A DNA stretch of 64,000 nt, from positions 1,147-65,146 of the forward strand of contig CAVGAA010000004.1 in the NCBI GenBank assembly GCA_963627065.1. The letters run 5' to 3'. This DNA comes from a bacterium (lineage in GTDB: Bacteria; Bacillota; Clostridia; Oscillospirales; CAG-272). The notes under the pieces were generated by a model that did no database searches, was not told the origin of the DNA, and worked only from the letters and a program-made list of their open reading frames with translations. Both the position numbers and the translations under genes were made by a program. The stretch's first letter is position 1; each line of letters starts with the position of its first letter. Positions 7,004-15,460 of the stretch are shown one piece after another.

Positions 7004-8635
7004 ATGGCGATTGAATATATCATCCATGAAGAAGAGGACATCAAACTGTTCAAAAAACTGGTCGAATTGCGTGACAGTGGGTATGTCCGAGTCGAAAATT
7101 CCGAAAACGGTCCTGCCATCGTTCACGAACTCGGCGGAAAAGAATATCATTTTATTCAAAGTAATCATTCCGATTGCATGACGGAACTGTCGGAAAACCG
7201 TGAAAATGATGAAAACGGTTTCTACTGGTTTCGTGACATTCGGGGCGAAACGATTTCGGATGCGACGAAAGGAAAAATTGCTTGGAACGATCTCATCCTG
7301 AATGTTTCGGAAAAATTCTTCGGTAAATATCCCTGCCTCGTCTATGCGGACGAAAGGCAGTTGACGGGAAAAGACGATGCGGTTGAAATTCGCCGTACTC
7401 AACTTTCAAATCTTGTGGAAAACTTCTTCGATTTGGACGATGTAAAATACGAAATTGTCCATAAGGCAGACGAATCCCGTGCCTATTACGGTGCAAGTTT
7501 GAAACTCAATGTCAAAATTTCGGGTGAACCGAAGCCGATTGTCGGAAAAATTTTCTTTGTCGTCAGCGGTCAGAGAATCGTGCCTTTGGATGAGTCGGTC
7601 GGTCGGCAACTCTCCGATATGGTTTGGACCGGAATGAAGAAAAAACTGAATCAGGCAAAAGGCGATGCCCTGCGGGAAGATTCGAACGATATTACAACGC
7701 TTTACAGCCAATTGGAAAACTTTTTTAAGCAAGGTGTCGACCTCTCGCAGTATCTCATTCTTTCCGATGAGAACCAAGCAGTCATAACCGAATTACTGCG
7801 GAACAAAGAGCGTGGTAACGACAAAATTACCGTTACCTGCGAACAGATTTATATCAACTCGATTCTGAAAGTCTTTGTGAAAGTGCCGGTATTCGATATT
7901 GTTTTACATGCCGACCGTGGCGACAAAATTCTGTCGGCAAACTATTACGGTGATATGTTGACGCTCATCTGCCATGCGTGCAGTCGGCATGAGGTCATTG
8001 TCAATGACGGATATGTTTCCTACACCGATGAGGACGGCATTTCGCACAGTTATTTTCTCTCTTTCGATGCCGAAAATGAACCGTACCTCTCCCGTGACGG
8101 TCTGCCTCTTTCGGAGGACTCCGATGCGGAAGATTACAAAGCCGTTGGGGAAAATGTTTTCAGACGGCACATTCGAAAAATCGAGTGCCACAATTTGGGC
8201 ATCCACGGCGACTGTTACAATTATGTATGTCTTGACGATACGGTAACGATTGAAGGAAAGCCCGTGCGGTGTAAGGACTGCCCCTATCTCGAAAAAACCA
8301 TTGTTCTGAACGGTTGCAATTATTCGCCGAGCGAATTGTTTTTCGACACCGACAGCGGTACGATTCGGGAAAAGTCGCAGGAGAATGTCAAATGCAAGAC
8401 CGAAAAGTGCCAAAACTCGGCTACGGGCGGAAAGTACTGCAAACTTTGCGAATCTCTTCGCAGTACAGCACCGAGCGATATAGAAAAGCAACGGGCGGAT
8501 TACAAAAAATATGCTCGCATCCTTCCGCTTTTCCGGCGAATCGGATCGGGCGATAAGCGTTGTGTGGAAGATTACAAACAATTTGTATTTCGTCTGGGCA
8601 ATAAGACCTTTGTCATTGAAAAAGAAACACTTTGA
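7004..8635 (+). CDS. Operon gene C: hypothetical protein with a cysteine-rich C-terminal half
   Basis: 543 aa with no family recognised. CxxC-type pairs are present (CHAC, CKDC, CKLC), along with ECHNLGIHGDCYNYVC. There is an RBS-like GTGAGG. The gene starts 22 nt after gene B. Confidence 0.6.
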   Translation: MAIEYIIHEEEDIKLFKKLVELRDSGYVRVENSENGPAIVHELGGKEYHFIQSNHSDCMTELSENRENDENGFYWFRDIRGETISDATKGKIAWNDLILNVSEKFFGKYPCLVYADERQLTGKDDAVEIRRTQLSNLVENFFDLDDVKYEIVHKADESRAYYGASLKLNVKISGEPKPIVGKIFFVVSGQRIVPLDESVGRQLSDMVWTGMKKKLNQAKGDALREDSNDITTLYSQLENFFKQGVDLSQYLILSDENQAVITELLRNKERGNDKITVTCEQIYINSILKVFVKVPVFDIVLHADRGDKILSANYYGDMLTLICHACSRHEVIVNDGYVSYTDEDGISHSYFLSFDAENEPYLSRDGLPLSEDSDAEDYKAVGENVFRRHIRKIECHNLGIHGDCYNYVCLDDTVTIEGKPVRCKDCPYLEKTIVLNGCNYSPSELFFDTDSGTIREKSQENVKCKTEKCQNSATGGKYCKLCESLRSTAPSDIEKQRADYKKYARILPLFRRIGSGDKRCVEDYKQFVFRLGNKTFVIEKETL

Positions 8636-8660
8636 CACGCATCGGAGATAAACGATAGAT

Positions 8661-11600
8661 ATGGAAGACAAAAATCAAAAAAACAGTTTCGGCGGTTGGT
8701 ACGGTCGCATTCCGCCGGATGCAAAATACAATTATGAAGAGCAAAATGCGAGGTTCTTGGACAGAAAGTTATTTCTTTACATTACCTTGTTTTCTGCCGT
8801 TGCGTGCGAACTTTTAACGGTTATCGCCCTGATTGTACGCATTCATGCCGTGCGGTATTGGCTGTTTCCGTTCTTACTGCTCCTACTTGACGTATCTTTC
8901 TTTTTCGTGTCGAGAGCAATTGACTACTGTGTCGGCTACGCTAATAAGTATAAAATTTTCTATTCGATCCTGACGGTGATTCTATCGGGGCTTACACTGT
9001 TCTTCCTTCTCCGTGACAGCGATTTTGTCGTTCTTCGCTTACCGCAGGGCGTTGCGTTCTCGCTCATTCAGGTTGTCAAAATCGTGTTTGTACTGCGGAG
9101 TATTGCAATATCGAAAGCACCGCAAAGTCCGCACTACCTGCCACGTGGAATTCTGAATGCGTTTTTGTCGGTTCTCCTGCTTTCCTGCCTCTTGCTATGT
9201 GTCGGAAAATACGGCTATTTCGGGCAGGGTGCGGGGTGGCTCGACAAGCAGGCAACATTGGTTTTCTCCCTGAACGGTGACGGCAATTATATCGTCACGG
9301 ACACACTCAAAGACGGCAATTATCTTGTCATTCCGCAAACGCTCAACGGCGTTCAAGTTGTCGGTGCGGATGCCTCAGTCCTCAACCAAACCAAAATTTC
9401 GAAAATTACGGTTGAGGGCGATACATTCGATTTTTACAACCTCGAAAAATTCGAAATCTGCAATTCGTCCCTTTTGATTGAGGGCAATTCGGATGTTCTG
9501 GAAACTGTCCGTCAAACGGTTTTCAATGCCTCTTACAAAGACGGAAAGGCGACCGCTTGCACGCAACTGCTCGCACGCCTTTGCCCGAATGACATAGCAG
9601 AGGGCAAGACCTATTACCACGTGGTTTATTCGGGCGATATGGGGAATGCCTTTTACATTCCGATTTTGACAGTCGATGACACTGCCTCCCCCTTGGCGAG
9701 CGTTGAAAGTTACCTCTACAAATTTTATGACGACTCTGCCGACACGGTCGATTTTTCGAAAGTCGGCTATCTCAAATGGGCATTCGAAAAAAATGACGGC
9801 TATGCCTGCTCGGGTGAGAGAATCACTGCGGATGCCGAAACGCATACCGTTACGGTTTCGTTTGAACCGGTCTGCAAAATCGAATTTTCGAAAAGCAATG
9901 ACACTGTTTGGAATGGTCAAAATGCCGCATTCCTCTCGAATATAGCGTACATTCGTATCTGCGATGCCGAAACGTTCTACAATTCTCTGCCGACAAGGGA
10001 CGGCTTTTCGGTTATATGGAACGATACAAGGGGTACCGCAAGCGGAAACGGCTCTTACGAAAATGCAATGCAATTCGTTTCATTTGTGAATACGCAAAAA
10101 GCCGGTGGCAGTTTTACGTTGCGGTCGGCTTGGATCTTGCAATGCTCAGCCGAAATCAAAGAAGCGGAAAGCGACCTTTCCTTTACTTACGGCGATGACG
10201 GCAAAAAAATCGTCTTCACATCCGACTGCATTCTTCCCCTCACCTATTCACTCAAAGACGGTTCGGGAACGGTTTTGGCAAGCGGTTCGGGCGAAAGCGG
10301 AAAAATCAATGTACCCTTAACCAAAGACTTGGTTGAACCTTTGAATAGCGGAACGTGCAGTCTGTCCGTCGACTGGGAAGACGGTGAAAGCACCACGACA
10401 TCTCTGACGGGAAGCAAGGTTTTGACCTGCAAACTCAACATTGCCCCGAAACTGATTTCGGCATACTGGACAATTCCAACCGGCGGTACGAGAAACAATA
10501 CGTTCGATAACCAACCTTATACCGTATCGGTGCGGATTGACGATTCCGAAAAGGTCCGCCCGACCGATGTTATCGATTTGTCGCTCCTTTACTCTGCCGA
10601 CAAACTCAATTTGAACCGTGTTGCGGTTGACGATACCTCCGTGTCTTTTGTGAATGCATCAACCTACCGTTTGACGGCAATTATCGAATCTGCGGGGAAC
10701 GGCGATCAAAAATATCAACTGACTCCCGCAACGAACGGAGCGGATTTCACGATCCGACCGAAAACTCTGGAATTCTCTTGGAACTCCTTTACAACGGATC
10801 AACTCATTTATGACGGCAACAAAAAAATATTGACGCCGACGGTTACGAATGCGATTTCCGGTGTGCAAGTCGATCTGCTTTGGAGAATCCGCAATACCGT
10901 GTCGGGTGATGACGGCGGTATCAATGTCGGAACATACTATTGCGAAGTGTATGAACTTGTGGACAATACGGCTCTTTCGGCGAGTAACTATACCCTGACA
11001 AATTCCGCAACTGCAAAGAGCGGTTCTTACAGCATTACGCAACGCCCCCTGACCGTGACATGGGAAGGTGCTTCTTCCTATGTTTTCAACGGACAAGTGC
11101 AACGACCGAATGCTATCGTCACGGGACTTGCCAACGGCGAAATCTTTACCGTTGCTTACACGGCAGACACCGTGAACGCAGGCAATTATACCGCAACGCT
11201 TTCGCTCGAAAAATCTATAATTCAGAGCAGTGACAGGCAGGTCATTGCAGGCGGTATAAACAACTACGCAATCCCGTCTTCCGCCATGAGCAGTTCCGCT
11301 TACGAAATTCAAAAAGCAACCTATACAAATACATTCAAGTTTACCGACGCAACCTATACTTATGACGGAACGCATAAATTCCCGACTTTGACGGTTGACG
11401 GCGAAAATGTCAAAATTACGCAGAACAGTTTTGCACTTTCCGCAAAAGGACTTGACAATGTGGCAATCCGTGCGGAGATCGGCGAGGTCGACAATGTCAA
11501 TGCCGGCACGGTTACGATGACAATTCGCTTTATCCCCTCGTCAAACTACAACGATATTTCCTCATTGACGGCAACCGTGACAATTACGAAAAAATCTGTC

Positions 11601-12920
11601 GAAGGTGCAAAAGTAACGCTTGACAATACACAATTGATTTACTCCGGAAATGTCCAAACGAAGCAAATTACAAGCGTTGTGGCAGACGGTCTGAATATCA
11701 CTTATGACGTGACCGGAAACACGGGAACAAACGCAGGCTCGTATACCATGATAATTACCGCAAACGGTAACTTTACCGGCACTTTGACCGTCGATTGGAG
11801 TATTGCAAAATGCACCGTTTCCGTTCCCGAAAAAGATACAACGGTTTACACCTACAACGGCAAGGCACAGACCTACAAAATCAACGCAAATTCGCTTTAT
11901 ACCGTGAGCGATGCGGAGCAGACGAACGCCGGCAAATACACGGTGACCGTTGCTTTTGCGGACAAAAACAATTATTGTTGGGCGAGCGGTTCGAGCGAGA
12001 ATCTGACCTACGATTTCGTTATCGTACAGAGATCGATTTCGGATGCAGTCATAAAAATTGACGATACCGACCTCGTTTACAACGGCGACTATCAAGCCAA
12101 AATGGTTACAAGCGTGACGGTTGACGGTTTGGCGGTCACCTACTCCATTTTGGGAAATTCGGCAGTCAACGCAGGCTCGTATTCCATGACAATTACCGCA
12201 AGCGGTAACTTTACCGGTGCGAGAGAAGTCACGTGGTCAATCGCAAAGAAGACGGTCGCCGTACCGAAAAAAGATACGACAGTCTTCACTTATGACGGCT
12301 TTGAAAAAATCTATACACTTGCGACAAATTCCCTTTATACGATAAGCGGTAACAATCAGACGAACGCCGGCAAATACACGGTAACCGTTGCCTTGGCGGA
12401 CAAAAACAATTATTGTTGGGCGAGCGGTTCGAGTGAAAATCTGACTTACGATTTCGTTATCGGACAGAGATCGATTTCGGATGCAGTCGTAAAACTCGAC
12501 AATACCGACTTGATTTACAACGGCGACTATCAAGCCATAACGGTTACAAGCGTGACAGTTGACGGTCTGGCGGTCACTTACACCGTTTCGAAAAATTCGG
12601 CAATCAACGCAGGCTCGTATTCCATGACGATTACCGCAAACGGTAACTTTACCGGTGTGAAAAAAGTCACATGGTCAATCGCAAAGAAGACGGTTGAAAA
12701 GCCGACCGCCGATACAACTGTTTACACCTACAACGGCAAGGCACAGACCTACAAAATCAACGCAAATTCGCTTTATACCGTGAGCGGTGCAACACAGACC
12801 GAGGTCGGTACTTATACCGTTACGGTGTCGCTCAATGACAAAAACAATTACTGTTGGGCAGACGGAACAAGTGCAAATCTCACGTACGATTTTGTGATTC
12901 GTCCCGAGAGTACAACATAA
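8661..12920 (+). CDS. Operon gene D: polytopic-membrane-anchored giant surface protein with a BspA-like LRR segment and many MBG/YDG-type repeats
   Basis: 1419 aa. There are five hydrophobic segments in the first ~185 aa (about 37-59, 66-83, 99-117, 130-150 and 164-182) and no signal peptide. A segment reading YLVIPQTLNGVQVVGADASVL follows. After that come repeated modules carrying the ..YDG/YNG.., NAGSY/NAGKYT and ..Y.IT/TI.. signatures typical of MBG-domain adhesin repeats. Confidence 0.65.
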   Translation: MEDKNQKNSFGGWYGRIPPDAKYNYEEQNARFLDRKLFLYITLFSAVACELLTVIALIVRIHAVRYWLFPFLLLLLDVSFFFVSRAIDYCVGYANKYKIFYSILTVILSGLTLFFLLRDSDFVVLRLPQGVAFSLIQVVKIVFVLRSIAISKAPQSPHYLPRGILNAFLSVLLLSCLLLCVGKYGYFGQGAGWLDKQATLVFSLNGDGNYIVTDTLKDGNYLVIPQTLNGVQVVGADASVLNQTKISKITVEGDTFDFYNLEKFEICNSSLLIEGNSDVLETVRQTVFNASYKDGKATACTQLLARLCPNDIAEGKTYYHVVYSGDMGNAFYIPILTVDDTASPLASVESYLYKFYDDSADTVDFSKVGYLKWAFEKNDGYACSGERITADAETHTVTVSFEPVCKIEFSKSNDTVWNGQNAAFLSNIAYIRICDAETFYNSLPTRDGFSVIWNDTRGTASGNGSYENAMQFVSFVNTQKAGGSFTLRSAWILQCSAEIKEAESDLSFTYGDDGKKIVFTSDCILPLTYSLKDGSGTVLASGSGESGKINVPLTKDLVEPLNSGTCSLSVDWEDGESTTTSLTGSKVLTCKLNIAPKLISAYWTIPTGGTRNNTFDNQPYTVSVRIDDSEKVRPTDVIDLSLLYSADKLNLNRVAVDDTSVSFVNASTYRLTAIIESAGNGDQKYQLTPATNGADFTIRPKTLEFSWNSFTTDQLIYDGNKKILTPTVTNAISGVQVDLLWRIRNTVSGDDGGINVGTYYCEVYELVDNTALSASNYTLTNSATAKSGSYSITQRPLTVTWEGASSYVFNGQVQRPNAIVTGLANGEIFTVAYTADTVNAGNYTATLSLEKSIIQSSDRQVIAGGINNYAIPSSAMSSSAYEIQKATYTNTFKFTDATYTYDGTHKFPTLTVDGENVKITQNSFALSAKGLDNVAIRAEIGEVDNVNAGTVTMTIRFIPSSNYNDISSLTATVTITKKSVEGAKVTLDNTQLIYSGNVQTKQITSVVADGLNITYDVTGNTGTNAGSYTMIITANGNFTGTLTVDWSIAKCTVSVPEKDTTVYTYNGKAQTYKINANSLYTVSDAEQTNAGKYTVTVAFADKNNYCWASGSSENLTYDFVIVQRSISDAVIKIDDTDLVYNGDYQAKMVTSVTVDGLAVTYSILGNSAVNAGSYSMTITASGNFTGAREVTWSIAKKTVAVPKKDTTVFTYDGFEKIYTLATNSLYTISGNNQTNAGKYTVTVALADKNNYCWASGSSENLTYDFVIGQRSISDAVVKLDNTDLIYNGDYQAITVTSVTVDGLAVTYTVSKNSAINAGSYSMTITANGNFTGVKKVTWSIAKKTVEKPTADTTVYTYNGKAQTYKINANSLYTVSGATQTEVGTYTVTVSLNDKNNYCWADGTSANLTYDFVIRPESTT
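11592..12905 (+). repeat. Three tandem 438-bp (146-codon) repeats at the 3' end of gene D
   Basis: Units start at about 11592, 12030 and 12468. The string AGAGATCGATTTCGGATGCAGTC recurs exactly 438 bp apart. A 67-nt block is identical between units 1 and 3 (11844-11910 versus 12720-12786). The block GACAAAAACAATTATTGTTGGGCGAGCGGTTCGAG is shared by units 1 and 2. Confidence 0.85.
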
Positions 12921-12940
12921 TCCGAAAGGAGGACAAAGCA

Positions 12941-13966
12941 ATGACCGGAGAAAATTTCATAGAATGTCCGAACTGCCATAAAGAAATGCGTCCTTTGACC
13001 TACTTTACCGGAGAACTGTACTGTTCGAAATGCCATGCGGAGTTGATCGATGCGATTCAGATCAAGGATAATGCCAAATGCGAAGATTTTGCCCTCTCGC
13101 AACGCTGTTTTGCGGATTATCTGTTGAACATCGTCCCCAAAATGGACAAAGGCACGATAAAGCATACAAAAGAAAGTCACAGGAAAGAGGCTACGAGAGC
13201 CGTTCGGCGTGCATACGAATACTGTCGAAGTTCCGCTTATGCCGGAAACCCCTACGCAATTTTGAATATGGGGTACTACTTATCACACGGTTACGGCATA
13301 TTGATTGAAAACGATGTGCATACCGCAAAACTCTTTTACGAAAAAGCATTGCAGTCCTCCGATGATGAGGTTCGGAGCATTGCAAAAACGGCTCTCGAAG
13401 ATTTGAACGGCTTGCAAAAAATGCAATCCGGCAATTCGGAATTTGACCGATTGATAAAAATATTCGACTCGGCGGAAAATGCATCTCTCTCACGCACGCC
13501 TCTCTTAGGGATAGTATCGGTCACCTATTCGCAATTGCAGGAAAACGAGCGTGCAAAACTGCTTGAAAGGCTCAACAAAATTCTGCGAAAATGGGGAAAA
13601 GAAACGCTCTTTTTCTGGAATGCCGAACGGAAACGGTTTGAAATCTGCACGGATGAAATTACGGACGACCTGTTCGACGAAACCGGAAAGAATTATTTGG
13701 CTTTCCGCAACCTGAAATGCAAGCCGTCCAAAGAAGCCGTCCGTGCGGTGCAAAAGAACGTCACGGACCTTTCCGGTGAGAAAATCTGCGAAAATTTCTT
13801 TGACATTCTGATGCAGGCAAACCTCTCGCAGGAACTTGACAGAACAATTACGCTCTGCGATTGCGACTTTGTCATCACCAAAGACGAAAAAGGAACGGAA
13901 CGCGGAAAACTGGACGATCTGTCGGATGCAATTATCGACTTTTGGAAAGAAAAAGCGAATGCATGA
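12941..13966 (+). CDS. Operon gene E: N-terminal zinc-ribbon plus Sel1-like repeat protein
   Basis: 341 aa, counted from the ATG at 12941. An AAAGGAGG RBS lies 8 nt upstream, and the start falls 20 nt after the gene D stop. The track ORF begins at an upstream TTG inside gene D. The zinc-ribbon signature is CPNC...CSKC. The Sel1-like signature is AYEYCRSSAYAGNPYAILNMGYYLSHGYGILIENDVHTAKLFYEKAL. Confidence 0.6.
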   Translation: MTGENFIECPNCHKEMRPLTYFTGELYCSKCHAELIDAIQIKDNAKCEDFALSQRCFADYLLNIVPKMDKGTIKHTKESHRKEATRAVRRAYEYCRSSAYAGNPYAILNMGYYLSHGYGILIENDVHTAKLFYEKALQSSDDEVRSIAKTALEDLNGLQKMQSGNSEFDRLIKIFDSAENASLSRTPLLGIVSVTYSQLQENERAKLLERLNKILRKWGKETLFFWNAERKRFEICTDEITDDLFDETGKNYLAFRNLKCKPSKEAVRAVQKNVTDLSGEKICENFFDILMQANLSQELDRTITLCDCDFVITKDEKGTERGKLDDLSDAIIDFWKEKANA

Positions 13967-13991
13967 TAAATGCATAGCATAAGAGGAAATT

Positions 13992-15449
13992 ATGGGAAAC
14001 CGAATCAACAAAGAACAATGGGAAAAAATCATTGACAGATGTCAGCGAATGGGGTTTGACGGCATTGAAACCAAACATCTGAGGTCCGTTATCAACTCCA
14101 CGCAGACGGAATATCGCAACACCACCGCAGGACCTGTCGCCGAACGAACCGAAAATGCCCTGCTGTCGCTCCTTTTGCAGTCGAATCCGGACAAGAAAGA
14201 CGTTTTTGCACTTTTGAATTATCTTTTCGATTTGAGTCTGCAAAACCGAATTAACCTGATTTCCGGAATCAAAAATACCGCAATTGCAAATTATATCAAT
14301 AACGGAGGATCACTACCTATGAATGAATCGATTATGAACCGCAACGTCAACACGGCAATAGCGTGCATTGACCAAAATATCGCCCTCTTGAATGTGGAGT
14401 TAAAAAGCAAAGATCCCAATGAAGATGCAAAACTCTATCGAAATATCGAAGAATCTATTTCGTTCTACAAAACCGTCAAGTCCCGCTTGGAAACGGTTGC
14501 GGAAAATGCAAACGAGCGGTTTGTCGAGGTAACCGAGAAGGATTTGCGGAGCATCATCCGGACGGTGGTTGCGAACCGTGACGATATTTACAACGGCATT
14601 TACACATCCAATCTCGATACGACATCGCCGAATAGCAAATACCTGAAAATCGATAACACTCTGAAAAAAGTGGAAACCGCCATTACAGGCATCCCGCCGA
14701 AAAAAGTTTCCAAGGATATTCAGCCGATTTCCCTGCCGAAAGACGATACAATTATCGCTCATACCTCGATTTTGTCCGCCAAAGCGGAATATTACGAACT
14801 TACGGATGCGATTAATAGCAATTTAAGAGAACAGCACCGCAAACTGGATAAATGGCAAGCGGAATTGGACTCCGCAAAAAGTGAGTACGAAGCCGTAGAA
14901 GACGAAATCCGAAAATTCAAGTTGCAAATCGATAACGGTGAAGTGTCCGAGCTGGACAAAGCCCTGAAGGTACGTGACTTGACGAACAAAAAAAAGTTGA
15001 CCGAAAGCAAATATCAAACAATTAATAATCATAAAGACGTCCATTATGAGATGTTAGTCAATCAGGAAATCGCCTTTACCGATATTTTGACAAGAATCAA
15101 GGCTTTTGTCGAATTTGCTCCGGACGGCGAATTTATGGACTTTTCCGGACGTATCAACGACTGTTTGAAAACGCTCAAAAATATTCTTTTCGATCCGAAC
15201 CCGAACAACAACGATTATAACATTTTCAACCATACCATTGAGCAGTTGCAAGCAATCACCGAAGAAGACCGTTTCACGAGCATTATCAAACTAACTCCCG
15301 ACATCTCGGTGAATCCTGTCGGAGTAAACAAGCAATCAACCGACGATCTTTTGAACGATTTGTTCAGCGGGTTAGACGGCTCGGAACCGAAAAAACAAGA
15401 ACAGAAAACGCAAAATACCGCTTCGATTACATACGATCAACTTGACTGA
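13992..15449 (+). CDS. Operon gene F: hypothetical coiled-coil protein
   Basis: 485 aa. It has long heptad-like charged stretches, for example KLDKWQAELDSAKSEYEAVEDEIRKFKLQIDNGEVSELDKALKV. No catalytic motif was recognised. There is an AGAGGA RBS. Confidence 0.55.
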   Translation: MGNRINKEQWEKIIDRCQRMGFDGIETKHLRSVINSTQTEYRNTTAGPVAERTENALLSLLLQSNPDKKDVFALLNYLFDLSLQNRINLISGIKNTAIANYINNGGSLPMNESIMNRNVNTAIACIDQNIALLNVELKSKDPNEDAKLYRNIEESISFYKTVKSRLETVAENANERFVEVTEKDLRSIIRTVVANRDDIYNGIYTSNLDTTSPNSKYLKIDNTLKKVETAITGIPPKKVSKDIQPISLPKDDTIIAHTSILSAKAEYYELTDAINSNLREQHRKLDKWQAELDSAKSEYEAVEDEIRKFKLQIDNGEVSELDKALKVRDLTNKKKLTESKYQTINNHKDVHYEMLVNQEIAFTDILTRIKAFVEFAPDGEFMDFSGRINDCLKTLKNILFDPNPNNNDYNIFNHTIEQLQAITEEDRFTSIIKLTPDISVNPVGVNKQSTDDLLNDLFSGLDGSEPKKQEQKTQNTASITYDQLD

Positions 15450-15460
15450 GGAGTATCGGG

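Noticed and set aside
12854-12940. N-terminal extensions of track ORFs: 12854 for gene E, 17431 for gene H, 35559 for PlsC-2, 38716 for the CE15-like gene, 45338 for the SGNH gene, 53434 for the LRR gene, 59162 for the isomerase, 61233 for the flavin-reductase-like gene and 61646 for pck
   Set aside because: In each case an internal ATG with a GGAGG-like RBS 5-10 nt upstream removes an overlap with the preceding gene. That ATG also starts at a sensible N-terminus, such as a signal peptide or a conserved start. The upstream extensions were discarded.
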